Of a stretch of 64,000 nucleotides of DNA, positions 30,364 to 41,435 are shown piece by piece. A program made the translations under genes and the position numbers. The notes under the pieces were generated by a model, which saw nothing but the letters and a program-made list of their open reading frames with translations, was not told the origin of the DNA and ran no database searches. The DNA lies in the NCBI GenBank assembly GCA_963727775.1, contig CAVSHB010000001.1, forward strand, positions 512,001 through 576,000. Direction: 5' to 3'. The DNA comes from an uncultured Nitrospiraceae bacterium (GTDB taxonomy: Bacteria > Nitrospirota > Thermodesulfovibrionia > Thermodesulfovibrionales > SM23-35). Position 1 is the stretch's first letter. The number at the start of each line of letters is the position of its first letter.

Positions 30364-31197
30364 TTGTTGATCTTAAAATTATTAGCATTAAAAAAGATGA
30401 TTTCAAATAAATTTAAAATAGCATTAAAAGGCAATATCAAAGCGATGTTCAATTATTTTGGATTGGAAATAAGAAGAAAAATCAAAGATAAAGGTTTGTC
30501 TAAAGGGCAACTTTGCCATTTAGATGTTTATTCTGATCAAATAAACTTATTAAAAAATCGAGAAGTGAGAGTAATATTTGATATCGGAGCGAATATAGGT
30601 CAGACTGCGATGAAATATCAAAAAATATTCGAAACATCAATAATTTACTGTTTTGAGCCTTTTGGAGAATCATTTCTTGTTTTATCTGAGACTTTTAAAA
30701 ACATTGATTTCGTCAAACCTTACAAACTTGCAGTAAATAACCAAACTGGAACTAAGCGATTTTATTTTAATAAAACCAGTTTTACAAATTCTTTGCTTCG
30801 TGTAGCAAATGATTCGAGCAAATATGTTGATACGAACTTAACGGATAATGTTGGATGTCTCTATGTTGAGACGATAAAACTTGATGATTTTTGTAACAAT
30901 GAAAATATTAATCAAATACAAATTCTTAAAATGGATATTCAAGGAACGGAACTTATGGCTTTAAAGGGAGCCCCACATTTGTTAAAAAATCATTTCATTG
31001 ATTTGATCTATACTGAGGTGCTTTTCGCACACCTTTATCAAGGACAAGCATATTTTTTTGATTTGTGCGAGTTCTTAGCACAATATGGCTACATCCTTTA
31101 TGGCTTATACAATTTAAATTATGGGAAAAACAGTGTATTGGCGTGGGGAGATGCAATTTTTATTAGCCCAAAAATTGAGGAATCTCTCAATAGTTAA
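30364..31197 (+). CDS. FkbM-family methyltransferase; start uncertain
   Basis: FDIGANIGQ, CFEP and LKMDIQGTEL motifs. Confidence 0.88.
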   Translation: MLILKLLALKKMISNKFKIALKGNIKAMFNYFGLEIRRKIKDKGLSKGQLCHLDVYSDQINLLKNREVRVIFDIGANIGQTAMKYQKIFETSIIYCFEPFGESFLVLSETFKNIDFVKPYKLAVNNQTGTKRFYFNKTSFTNSLLRVANDSSKYVDTNLTDNVGCLYVETIKLDDFCNNENINQIQILKMDIQGTELMALKGAPHLLKNHFIDLIYTEVLFAHLYQGQAYFFDLCEFLAQYGYILYGLYNLNYGKNSVLAWGDAIFISPKIEESLNS

Positions 31198-31242
31198 TTA
31201 TTTTGAATTGAGATTTTAAAAGGTATTTATTCAGACTTTGGT

Positions 31243-32304
31243 ATGAATAACAGGCCAGCTTTATACTTATTACCTTCTGCACCTACTGATAAAACAGGGT
31301 GGCCATGGACAAAGGAAAGCCCACCTTTGCCGGATACTATGCCTGATGATAAAACATGGCCGAAAATCAGCATCGTAACTCCTTCGTATAATCAAGGAAG
31401 GTTCCTTGAAGAGACCATCCGTTCGGTATTGCTGCAGGGTTATCCCAATCTCGAATATATCATCATTGATGGCGGTTCCACAGATAACAGCGTTGAGGTT
31501 ATCAAGAAATATGAGCAAGGGCTTTCTTATTGGGTGAGCGAGCCGGATCAGGGCCAATCAGATGCCATTAATAAAGGGTGGAATCGTTCAAGCGGTGAGA
31601 TAATGGCGTATTTAAATTCAGATGACTTATATACTCCTGGTGCAGTTGCCGAGGCAGTAACATATTTTCAAAATTTTCCTGAATGTGCCGTTATCCACGG
31701 ACAGACAATGGTGACGGACGAAAACGGCAAAGATATGAAAATATTCGGCGCTCCTTTTGATTTGCAGTCATCCATCGATGGGTGCAACGATCCCGTTGCA
31801 CAACAGTCTGCCTTTATTAGAAAGGATGTGCTGCGAGATATCGGTTTTATGGATATAACACTCCATAAAGCGATGGATTATGACCTTTGGCTAAGGATTG
31901 CCGTCAAATATCCTTTCCATTTCGTGCCCCGGATATGGTCAAAATTCAGATCCCATTCAAGATCAAAGACCATGTTAAATATCACACTCCGGTCGGATTG
32001 TCTGGAAATTATGGAGAAAATATATGCATTGCCTTACTTGCCTGAAGAAATCATATATTTGAAAAAGAGGGCATTTGCCTGGGCCCATCTTTTTAAGGCG
32101 CAGGAATATATTGATATAAAGAAGCCTTGGTTTGCGCGATGGCATGCTTTTAAAGCACTCCTACTGAATAAAGACGTTTGCTTGAAACGAGGTGTAGAGT
32201 TGTTTATTCAAGCCGCATTAAACAAAACGATATTTGAACGAATGAGACTAATAAAAAAGTTGATAATGGGATGGCGAAAACCAAGCAAAGATAGTACGAC
32301 TTAG
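31243..32304 (+). CDS. GT2 glycosyltransferase
   Basis: ISIVTPSYNQG, IIDGGSTD and YLNSDD motifs. Confidence 0.92.
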   Translation: MNNRPALYLLPSAPTDKTGWPWTKESPPLPDTMPDDKTWPKISIVTPSYNQGRFLEETIRSVLLQGYPNLEYIIIDGGSTDNSVEVIKKYEQGLSYWVSEPDQGQSDAINKGWNRSSGEIMAYLNSDDLYTPGAVAEAVTYFQNFPECAVIHGQTMVTDENGKDMKIFGAPFDLQSSIDGCNDPVAQQSAFIRKDVLRDIGFMDITLHKAMDYDLWLRIAVKYPFHFVPRIWSKFRSHSRSKTMLNITLRSDCLEIMEKIYALPYLPEEIIYLKKRAFAWAHLFKAQEYIDIKKPWFARWHAFKALLLNKDVCLKRGVELFIQAALNKTIFERMRLIKKLIMGWRKPSKDSTT

Positions 32305-32365
32305 AATCTGGACTTATGTTTTACATTTAATGATCTTGCAAAGTTGCAGAACGTAACATGAAAAT

Positions 32366-33505
32366 ATGAAATTAGCTTACGTAACTACCTACGATTCATC
32401 TGACATACATATGTGGTCTGGATTAGGCTATCATATTCATAAGGCATTGCAGGAATGCGGATTTCAAACAGAATGCATTGGAAATCTTCGGGTTCCACGC
32501 AGTTTAATATTAAAGGTGAAGAGACTTTTCTATGCGAAAATATTATCTAAAACATATTTTCTTGATAGAGAACCAGCAATTCTTAAATCTTACGCTTCCC
32601 AAGTAGAGAATTCTCTTTTATTCACTAAGTGCGATATGATTTTTAGTCCTGGAACGATCCCCATTGCATATTTGTGTGCCAACAAGCCAATAATTTTTTG
32701 GACAGATGCAACCTTTGCTGGAATGATTAATTTTTATCCCAGCTTCAGTAATCTCTGTGCTGAAACTATCAAGAATGGAAACAAAATGGAACAATTAGCC
32801 TTATCAAAGTGCCGCCTTGCAATTTATAGTTCCGACTGGGCTGCTAATACAGCAATACAAAACTATGATGTCGATCCTGCAAAAGTAAAAGTAGTGCCAT
32901 TTGGCGCAAATATTGATTGCAAGCGCAATATTACCGATGTTCGGAGCATTATTGAAGGCAAAGAATTCAGCGTCTGCAAACTATTGTTTATTGGTGTTGA
33001 CTGGGTAAGGAAAGGTGGAAATCTGGCCTTAAAGATAGCCGAAAGACTTAATGCTCAAGGACTATACACCGAGTTGCACGTAGTTGGATGTGCTCCACCA
33101 TTTAATGTGCCTAATTTCGTTAGGCTCCACGGTTTCTTATCGAAAAGGACCGAACAGGGGAGGAAGCATCTATCGCAATTGTTTGCTCAATCTCACTTTC
33201 TTATTTTACCTTCTCGCGCAGACTGTGTTCCGGTAGTATTAGCAGAAGCATGCTCTTTTGGACTTCCTTCATTAGTCACAGATATAGGCGGTATTTCAAC
33301 TGCGATTAGGAATGGTATAAATGGAAAAATATTTGCAGTTGAAGAAGGCCCGGATAGATATTGTGAATATATTGCAGCACTGATGACTTCAAAACAAGAC
33401 TATCAACATTTGGCCTTATCTTCCTTCAAGGAATATAGTGATAGATTAAATTGGTCAGCGGCAGGGAAAAGGGTACAAGAATTGATTTATGAGTTTTGCA
33501 TTTAA
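32366..33505 (+). CDS. GT4 glycosyltransferase
   Basis: FIGVDWVRKGG and LPSRADCVPVVLAEACSFGLP motifs. Confidence 0.9.
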   Translation: MKLAYVTTYDSSDIHMWSGLGYHIHKALQECGFQTECIGNLRVPRSLILKVKRLFYAKILSKTYFLDREPAILKSYASQVENSLLFTKCDMIFSPGTIPIAYLCANKPIIFWTDATFAGMINFYPSFSNLCAETIKNGNKMEQLALSKCRLAIYSSDWAANTAIQNYDVDPAKVKVVPFGANIDCKRNITDVRSIIEGKEFSVCKLLFIGVDWVRKGGNLALKIAERLNAQGLYTELHVVGCAPPFNVPNFVRLHGFLSKRTEQGRKHLSQLFAQSHFLILPSRADCVPVVLAEACSFGLPSLVTDIGGISTAIRNGINGKIFAVEEGPDRYCEYIAALMTSKQDYQHLALSSFKEYSDRLNWSAAGKRVQELIYEFCI

Positions 33506-33577
33506 CACGGGAGTAATAGTGTTTTATTTTTAAAGTTTAGGAAGTTCTTATGGTTTATTAAATTTCTGTGTAGATCT

Positions 33578-34285
33578 ATGATGAGCAGCATAATTAGAAC
33601 GCTCAAGAGTATTTATCATGTCTTTGTACCTTTATCAATAAGACAATCAAGATTGGCCTTAAGGATCAACTGGTTCATTTGCAAATACCGCCTCGGGCAT
33701 AATGCAATCTATGACTCTGATTACTACTCGAGTATTATCGAAGGTCCAGCAGTGCGCAGTGCCGAAGCTATCTCGGAGTCAATTCTGTGCGACCTTCGGC
33801 CTAAGACTGTTGTGGATGTGGGCTGTGGCACGGGGGCACTTCTCGAAGCATTGCGAAGAAATGGCTGTCAGGTTTTTGGACTTGAGTATTCCGATACCGC
33901 CCTGCGATATTGCCACATGCGAGGACTTGATGTTCGGAAGTTTAATCTCGAAAAGGATACTCTTTCGACTGATCGGACGTTTGATGTCGTAATCAGCATG
34001 GAAGTCGCGGAGCATCTTCCCGAGAAGATAGCAGGGCGTTATGTGGATTTACTTGCTAGATTGTCAAGTGTGATCGTGTTCACAGCGGCGCCACCTGGCC
34101 AAGGAGGACGCGATCACGTTAACGAACAACCTCCGTCATATTGGATCTCTAAATTCCAGGCTTTAGGTTTCACATATGATAAAGGACTGTCAGAACAATG
34201 GCGTGAAAACTGGCGCGATAGGGCTGTTGTGGCCTTCTGGTATTACCAGAATCTGCTGATTTTTCGACGGATACAAGAGATTTAA
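33578..34285 (+). CDS. Class I SAM-dependent methyltransferase
   Basis: VDVGCGTG, SMEVAEHL and GQGGRDHVNEQ motifs. Confidence 0.88.
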   Translation: MMSSIIRTLKSIYHVFVPLSIRQSRLALRINWFICKYRLGHNAIYDSDYYSSIIEGPAVRSAEAISESILCDLRPKTVVDVGCGTGALLEALRRNGCQVFGLEYSDTALRYCHMRGLDVRKFNLEKDTLSTDRTFDVVISMEVAEHLPEKIAGRYVDLLARLSSVIVFTAAPPGQGGRDHVNEQPPSYWISKFQALGFTYDKGLSEQWRENWRDRAVVAFWYYQNLLIFRRIQEI

Positions 34286-34372
34286 TTTGATAAGGGACTG
34301 AGGTAAGAATGTTTTGTAAAGCAGTGTAGTAGACACGTTATTAAGTTTTAGTAATTCAACGTTGGGACAGTA

Positions 34373-35328
34373 ATGTATTCGTGTATGATTAAAATATACA
34401 GTAAAGCAATATTCGGAAGAGGTACGGGGCTTGGAAACAGGCTTTTCCCATGGGCTCGGTGCAGAATATTTTCCCATATACACAACACAAAGATGATTTC
34501 TCCCATTTGGTTCAGACTCGCAATAGGACAATTCTTTCGGGGGGGGATTGATTATAGAAGCTATTTGAGGCAGTTAGTATTACTGGGACTGTTCAAAAAA
34601 AAAGATGGAGACCTCGGTATAATTGAAGGCTCCTTAATTTCGAGGAGAGCAAAAATATTGGCTGAACCCGCAGATTTGTATTCAAAGGATTTTAAAACAG
34701 TAAATAATAGATATGGGATGAAAATAATATTTACAGGCTGGAAGAAGTTCTTTGAACCTCTGAATGGATGGCATGGTTTTCTCCTTAATGAACTTCGTGC
34801 AATCACCCGCAAGAAATATCTGGATTTGGTCGATTCAATAGAAAATATTCCTGTTGGTATATGCGTTAGATGCGGGAATGACTTTAAAGAACGGGCAATT
34901 ATAACTATGAACCAATTGGTCCTTTAGATAAAACTCCTGTTAAGTGGTTTAAGGAATCACTCGATCTTATACGACAAGCTGCTGGTTATCCTGCAAAGGC
35001 ATTTGTTGTTTCAGACGGAACCGAAGAACAATTAAAGGAATTGCTTGAAATGGACAAAGTGACTTTTGTCAGGCCTGGATCGGCTATAAGTGATTTACTC
35101 ATATTGTCGAAGTCAAAAGTGCTGCTTGCGCCTGGATCGAGTTCATTTGCAGCCTGGGGATGCTTTTTGGGACAGATGCCGAGCATATCGCATCCGGGAC
35201 AGCCGTTATCATCCATCTGGAGGATAAAAAATGAAAGCGGACAATTTATCGGGGAATTTAATCCATTAAACCCTTCCGAGGAGTTCCTGGGGCAGGCGGC
35301 AGTAGCATTAAAGAATGCTTACATATAA
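34373..35328 (+). CDS. GT11-like alpha-1,2-fucosyltransferase, frameshifted near 34895
   Basis: GLGNRLF and ICVRCGNDF, then in another frame TPVKWF, FVVSDG and SSFAAWGCFL; gmd/fcl in the locus could supply GDP-fucose. Confidence 0.7.
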
Positions 35329-35356
35329 GATGAGATTTTTGTACAGCTAAGAAAAA

Positions 35357-36460
35357 ATGACAATGCATAAGTCGCCAATAAAAATTCTATTTAATGTTTT
35401 TGCAAATGAAGACAGCGTTAATGCTCAGAGTCTGAATGCTCGCGAAATAGCCCTGAGATTAAATCCGGAACGATATGAGGGTACTTTTTTTTTGTCCAAA
35501 GGTATAGAACCTGATGCACGATTAAGAAATAAAAGCAATATCCATTTTGTAATATTGCCACGCAGACTCGGGTCTCTGGTCATTGCAATGGAAATGCTCT
35601 GGGGACAGCAAGATGTTCTTTTTTATCCTGAGGCGAATAATAGGGCAAGCCGCATATTCTGGGTGCTGAAAGCTATTGGAAGGAAGAAAAAAGTGATCGT
35701 GAATATTGAAGCTTCATTAGATCAGCTGCATTCGATACCTGAGTTTGAAGTAAAGCGTTATCTGAAGAATGTTCGTGCTGCCGATTATTGTTTTTCAATA
35801 ACACCCTTTATTTCAGACTCATTTAGAGATAAATACGGTATCAACAGCAGGATTATTCCTGTAGGGGTAAATTTGGATATCTTCAAAAACGTAGACCGGA
35901 CAAACCATGAATTACCAGTAAGGGTTTTATTCGTCGGATCAATTCAGCCTCGAAAGCAGACACACTTAATACTCGACCTGGCAGATAAATTGAGGAAAGA
36001 ACAAGTTGAATTTAACATAATCGGGCCTGTAATAAGTCAGCATTCATATAAGCAAAATTTATTGTTGGAAAAAGAACATAGAAAATTAGAGAATGTTTTT
36101 TTTCATGATGCAATGGTTCAGAAAGAGATATATGAATGGATGAGGAAAAGTGATGTATTTATTCTTCCTTCCCGGGCAGAAGGTTTTGGCAAAGTTACTC
36201 TGGAAGCCGCAGCAACCGGTTTGCCCTGCATAGTTTTCAATGACTATCACACTACCGCGGTAATTGACAATGTAACAGGATTTCAAGTGAAAACATTTGA
36301 TGAAATGACGGACCGTTTGAAATTGCTTATTGATGACAAAGACCTAAGGATAAAAATGGGTGCAGCGGCTGTGGAACATGCTAAGAAGTTCGACTGGGAT
36401 ATTATTGCAAAGAAATGGGAAGAAGTTTTTGAAGAGGCTGTTAAAATGAAAAACATATGA
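35357..36460 (+). CDS. GT4 glycosyltransferase
   Basis: LPSRAEGFGKVTLEAAATGLP motif. Confidence 0.9.
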   Translation: MTMHKSPIKILFNVFANEDSVNAQSLNAREIALRLNPERYEGTFFLSKGIEPDARLRNKSNIHFVILPRRLGSLVIAMEMLWGQQDVLFYPEANNRASRIFWVLKAIGRKKKVIVNIEASLDQLHSIPEFEVKRYLKNVRAADYCFSITPFISDSFRDKYGINSRIIPVGVNLDIFKNVDRTNHELPVRVLFVGSIQPRKQTHLILDLADKLRKEQVEFNIIGPVISQHSYKQNLLLEKEHRKLENVFFHDAMVQKEIYEWMRKSDVFILPSRAEGFGKVTLEAAATGLPCIVFNDYHTTAVIDNVTGFQVKTFDEMTDRLKLLIDDKDLRIKMGAAAVEHAKKFDWDIIAKKWEEVFEEAVKMKNI

Positions 36461-36496
36461 TTGTTCTCAGTTGTTTTGTGAGCTGACTAATAAAAA

Positions 36497-37414
36497 ATGG
36501 TATCTGTAGTAATTGTCAATTATAACCGGCGTGATGACTTGCGCGAAGCACTATTATCTGTCAAAAAACAAGATTGTGAAAACATAGAAATTATCGTAGT
36601 CGATAATGCCTCAAAGGATGGATCACGGGACATGCTGGTGGAAGAATTCCCGGAAGTTGCTGTGATGGCGCTTCAAGAAAACATCGGGATGGATGGATAC
36701 TCTGTTGGCTTTCGACAGGCGAAAGGGGAATTCGTTTTTCAGATGGATAATGATTCTCTAATGCCTGATAAGAATGTGATCACTGAGGTACTCAGGCGTT
36801 TCACGGAAGGTCCTGACGAACTTGCAGTAGTTGCAACCAGAGTCGAGGAATTCAATCATGAGAAAGACAATATAGAAATCCTTCGGCTCAAGGACAATAG
36901 GGTTGGTCCCATAAACACTGGCGGGTTTCACAGTGGTGGTGTTGGATTCCGCCGGAAACATCTTGATCAGGTCGGTTACTATAACCGTGATGTTTTTCTA
37001 TACGGCTCCGAGTTGTTTCTTCAAATGAAATTCCTTGCGGCAGGTTATAAGGTATTCTATTATCCGGAAATTCTGGTGCTGCATAAATCTTCCACGGTTT
37101 CCCGTTCTGCGCAGGGAGTCTATTATGAAGTAAGAAACAGATACTGGTTTCTGCGCTGCTTTGCGTTGCCACAGCAGCAGGCGCGGGTGTTACCGTTAAT
37201 GCTTCTGCGTGATTTCTTTTATGCGGCATATAAAAGATCATTGATAGTCTTTGTGAAAGCTGTCTTAGACGGGTTGGGGCGTCTTCCTGACTCCATTCGG
37301 CCAATTCATTCATCTTATGAGGACTTTAAGTCCAAATTGGATGAGTTCGGCGCTGGCTTCAGCATTCGCGCATTGACAAAGAGAATTACTGCTGCCATAA
37401 GAGAAAGAAACTAA
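36497..37414 (+). CDS. GT2 glycosyltransferase
   Basis: VSVVIVNYN, VVDNASKDGS and MDND motifs. Confidence 0.9.
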   Translation: MVSVVIVNYNRRDDLREALLSVKKQDCENIEIIVVDNASKDGSRDMLVEEFPEVAVMALQENIGMDGYSVGFRQAKGEFVFQMDNDSLMPDKNVITEVLRRFTEGPDELAVVATRVEEFNHEKDNIEILRLKDNRVGPINTGGFHSGGVGFRRKHLDQVGYYNRDVFLYGSELFLQMKFLAAGYKVFYYPEILVLHKSSTVSRSAQGVYYEVRNRYWFLRCFALPQQQARVLPLMLLRDFFYAAYKRSLIVFVKAVLDGLGRLPDSIRPIHSSYEDFKSKLDEFGAGFSIRALTKRITAAIRERN

Positions 37415-39273
37415 TGAGCATTAAGGTCTTGTTGCTGGACGAGAGTTGCGACATTAACACTCTGTTACCTGAAATCCATGTATGTTATAACATGGTAGTT
37501 TGCCTATTTTGGGCTGCCCCGGCTACTAAGGAGAAAGTTGAGAAATTGACAGGGGGCAAATGTGTATCTATGAAAGAAATCCTCAGAGATGCGGAACAAT
37601 ACGAACTGAAAGTGTATGCGATAGTTCGAAAGATATGCGAAGGTGGTCCAAAATATGAGGGATTACCATGGAGATTCGAGTTGGCCGGACAACTATATCA
37701 GGAATGTGAACAGGTAATTGCAATTGCATCGGCTCTTGATATTCTTTTTGCTGTTCATCAACAGCATCGTTTTGACAGAGTAGAAGTTGATTATGTTCTG
37801 AGGGCGCAGAATGAAATATTTCTGAAGATGTTATATGCAGCCTCTGGTGAACCGACTGCCATTGTTTTTCGAGTACTTGCCGGCGAGTATCACATCGCTG
37901 CGTTAAGTTCCGGCAAGCCCTCTCTGCTCAAAAGGATCATTCGTCAATTTAGCAATGCGCTTGTTACCGGTAACTGGTACGCTCAACTATGGTTTGTAAT
38001 TGAAAAGATTGACAGCAGATATGAGAAAAGATGTAAATGGAATGTCCCTCGACATTCAGTAAAAATATCCGCGGGTGGAGCAACCTTTTTCTCTTCCTAC
38101 CTCAATAACAGTCGTGTTTTACTGGGGTATGAGAAGGCGATGCCGTTTCGCGTGAGATGGCTTGTCAACAATTATTATGCTTATAAAGGTGTTTCGCCTG
38201 ATTCTAAAACTGCAATAGAATGGCTTTGGCAATATTCATCTAAGCTATTTACGCTGGTGGAGGACCAAGAGAATATATCTCAAGGAAAAGAAGGTGTGAG
38301 TGTGGAAGAGGTTTTTCGGGCATGGTTGGCTAAAAGCAGCATTTGGCATACGTGGAGGAAAGTACGCTTGCCTTCCATGTGTAACCTTACAGATTGCTGG
38401 GACCGTTATCTTGAACTGGTCAAACCCAAGATAATTGTGGTGGCTAATCAGTGGGGCGTCGAGGGATGGTTTACCCGGATCGCAAGAGGACGAGGGATGC
38501 CTGTTGTTCAGGTGATGCACGGCGTGCTTGGAGGTTACTTCCATACGAAGACACCGATCATTTCCGATTCATTTGTTGTTCCGGGCGAATTTTGGAAAAA
38601 CTTGTGGCCGGAAGACCAGAGGGGAAAAATCATTGTCTTTAATCCCGACGGCTTTATAAAGCAAATACGACGGGAGAGCAGCTATTCAAAACGGAGACTC
38701 ACATTTTTTTCATGGCCTTTAACTCAAACCCCTTTCTATAACTTCCCGGAATTCATAGATGGATTTATTCGAATTTTTCAAAAGATATTGTCTTCCAAGA
38801 ATTATGAAATATGTATTCGCGCTCATCCCCTTGAGAACCCATCTGATTTTGTCAATAGGTGGAAGAGATTATATGGCGCTTTGCCCCACGGATTATCTAT
38901 TGAAAGCGGCAAAAAAGGCTCTTTGGATGATGTTCTCAGAAGGACGGATATTGCTCTTATGTTCCGATCAACTGTGATGTTAAATTGCCTTTCCAACGGT
39001 ATCCCAACAATCATGCCCGGATGGATTGACTTCGGGTGGAGGAAAGAGTTGCTGCAGAATGTGCATGGACTTTATGTGGCAAGAGACTTTAAGGACCTTG
39101 AGGAAATTCTGATAGGATGGCTCGATTCTCCTCCAAAGATTGATAGTGATACTGCAAGGTTTTTTATCAGACCGGCAGGGGAGGGTGAAAGTGAGTTTCG
39201 CACCATGGTGAATGATCTGGCGGCGAGTGAACTGAGTGTCCGACAATGCTTTACCGGCACGGTCAGTGGATGA
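37414..39273 (+). CDS. Surface-carbohydrate biosynthesis protein with a GT-B-like C-terminus
   Basis: VMHG, IRAHPLE and STVML motifs resemble capsule/nonulosonate transferase-like proteins. Confidence 0.55.
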   Translation: MSIKVLLLDESCDINTLLPEIHVCYNMVVCLFWAAPATKEKVEKLTGGKCVSMKEILRDAEQYELKVYAIVRKICEGGPKYEGLPWRFELAGQLYQECEQVIAIASALDILFAVHQQHRFDRVEVDYVLRAQNEIFLKMLYAASGEPTAIVFRVLAGEYHIAALSSGKPSLLKRIIRQFSNALVTGNWYAQLWFVIEKIDSRYEKRCKWNVPRHSVKISAGGATFFSSYLNNSRVLLGYEKAMPFRVRWLVNNYYAYKGVSPDSKTAIEWLWQYSSKLFTLVEDQENISQGKEGVSVEEVFRAWLAKSSIWHTWRKVRLPSMCNLTDCWDRYLELVKPKIIVVANQWGVEGWFTRIARGRGMPVVQVMHGVLGGYFHTKTPIISDSFVVPGEFWKNLWPEDQRGKIIVFNPDGFIKQIRRESSYSKRRLTFFSWPLTQTPFYNFPEFIDGFIRIFQKILSSKNYEICIRAHPLENPSDFVNRWKRLYGALPHGLSIESGKKGSLDDVLRRTDIALMFRSTVMLNCLSNGIPTIMPGWIDFGWRKELLQNVHGLYVARDFKDLEEILIGWLDSPPKIDSDTARFFIRPAGEGESEFRTMVNDLAASELSVRQCFTGTVSG

Positions 39274-40489
39274 GAATTCTTGTTATAACGCCTGTCTATC
39301 CGCATTCCGGTAATGAGATCGAAGGTCTGTTTAACGAACAGCATGCACTTGCAATGAGGGAACTGGGAGTTAAAATAACCGTAGTTCTCTGTAAACCATG
39401 GATTCCAGGCTGGATGGCAGGTATGGTTGCCCGCTATAAAAATCTGAAAGGATTGCCTCGCAGGGATGAAAGGAACGGGATAGAGATCCTCTATGCAAGA
39501 TATCTCCATGTCCCTCAATATCGGTTTATCAGAAGTACTGTTTCTTCCTGCGCGCGTGCCATTTTGAAAACGCTCAGGCGTTATGGAAGAACAACATTTG
39601 ATATAATTCAGGTCCACAGTGTCTGGCCTGATGGTCTTTCCGCTCCAACTGTGTCGAGAATTTTGGGCATACCTTTCGTTGTGACAGCGCATATTGAAGA
39701 TGATTCCGAGCTTTATACCTCCCCGGTCGGACACAGACTTTACAAAGTAATGTTTGAACAGGCATCAAAGATTGTTGTGGTCGGCAGCCCACTTGAAAAA
39801 TTCATGCGTAAAATTGTGCCTTCTTTCCCCGCTAATAAACTTGTAACAATTCCAAATGGTATAGATATAAAGCTTATTGACAGGATGATCCATGAACACA
39901 CGCATCGTCCCAATGGAGTCGTCTCTCTAATAAGTGTATGCAATCTCTGGAAGGTAAAGGGGATAGATATGAACCTCCATGCTTTGGCCGATTATATAGA
40001 AAAGGGGTTCGTTCGTGGAATTATACGATCGTAGGAGATGGTCCGGAGAGACATGCGTTAGAACAATTAGCGGGAGAGCTTGGCATTGGAGAGAAAGTTC
40101 TTTTTTCAGGTCGACTATTGCATGAAGAAGCGCTTCAAAAAATCATAGAAGCGGATATTTTCAGTATGCCGTCGCGAAGTGAATCTTTTGGGCTCGTATT
40201 TCTGGAAGCGATGGCATGTGGAAAGCCGGTTATCGGGTGTTTCGAAACAGGCGCCGAGGATTTGATCTTGCATAACAAGACCGGTATCCTGGTTCCGAAA
40301 GAGGACATCGAAAGTCTGTCCGCTGCGCTCGAATGTCTGATGACAAATGTGTCATGGTCAAAAGACCTCGGTGAAGCCGGACGGAAACGTGCTGAGGAAT
40401 TTAGCTGGAAAATTTCAGCGTTCAAATATCTTGAACTTTATCGAACAATAATAGAATCGAAAAACAGGAATGGATTCCTCCCACACTGA
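39270..40489 (+). CDS. GT4 glycosyltransferase, frameshifted near 39990
   Basis: The N-half (MRILVITPVYP...KVKGID) and C-half (VGDGPER, ESFGLVFLEAMACGKP) are in overlapping frames. Confidence 0.85.
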
Positions 40490-40491
40490 AA

Positions 40492-41399
40492 ATGAGTAAC
40501 TCCCCGGAATCGATTGCTCAAGAATATTATGCTTTGCTGAGAAGAGAGATCATAGATGGGAATCCTTATCTTGATAATCAAGAGCAATCGATATTACAGA
40601 AATTTTATCCTGTAATGATGAACTCAAAACGATATGCCGTAAAGTCAGTTTCTGATATTTATGTTAATCGACGTTCACATGCCGTGCAAGCCATTTTAAA
40701 GACAGATACCCCGATTGTTTTTGATGCGGGATGCGGATTTGGGTCTGAAAGTTTTTTATTTGCAAGTTCAGGCGCAAAAGTTTTATCCGTTGACCGGTCG
40801 TCCGACCAAATTGCCATAGCGAAGAAGCGACAGCATTACTATGAGGAAATTTTCGGCAAAGAACTGGACATCTCTTTTGTGATCGCCGATCTTGAAGAGT
40901 ACGTCCCGGATACTAATAATATTTCCCTTACCTGGCTGGCATCCGTTCTGGCAGCGATCAGGGACCAGAATGATTTTCTCAAGCGCATTTATAAAGCAAC
41001 AAGGGAGGGCGGCAAAGTTATTATCACGGATATGAACCTTCTGAATCCCGCATTCCTCTGGAATGAATGGAGAAGGCGGAAGGAGTGCCAAAGGTTGATA
41101 GTTCGGAATTTGCCCGGCATGCAAACTTCTGGAAGATGTTCAGGCGAAAAGACAGGGTTGGTGCGAGGTATTTTATGCGCAACGGAGGAGGACATTTTGA
41201 TGATGTGCAATTTTTTTCAGAGTATACCTTATCAAGGCTTTTGAAAAATGCAGGGTTTAAACCTATACAAATATCATTTAGCGGGTTTATTCCTCCACTT
41301 TGTGTAACAAACGCAATCTCTTTTCTTGAGAAGACTTTTTCGAAGATGCCATTAATACAGTCATTCGGATATTTCTACCTCCTTGTCGGGATAAAGTAA
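40492..41399 (+). CDS. Class I SAM methyltransferase, frameshifted near 41080
   Basis: FDAGCGFG; C-terminus FSEYTLSRLLKNAGF lies in ORF 41067..41399. Confidence 0.78.
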
Positions 41400-41435
41400 T
41401 GATGAAGGTTAGGTAATGGACAAGGAATACAGAAG

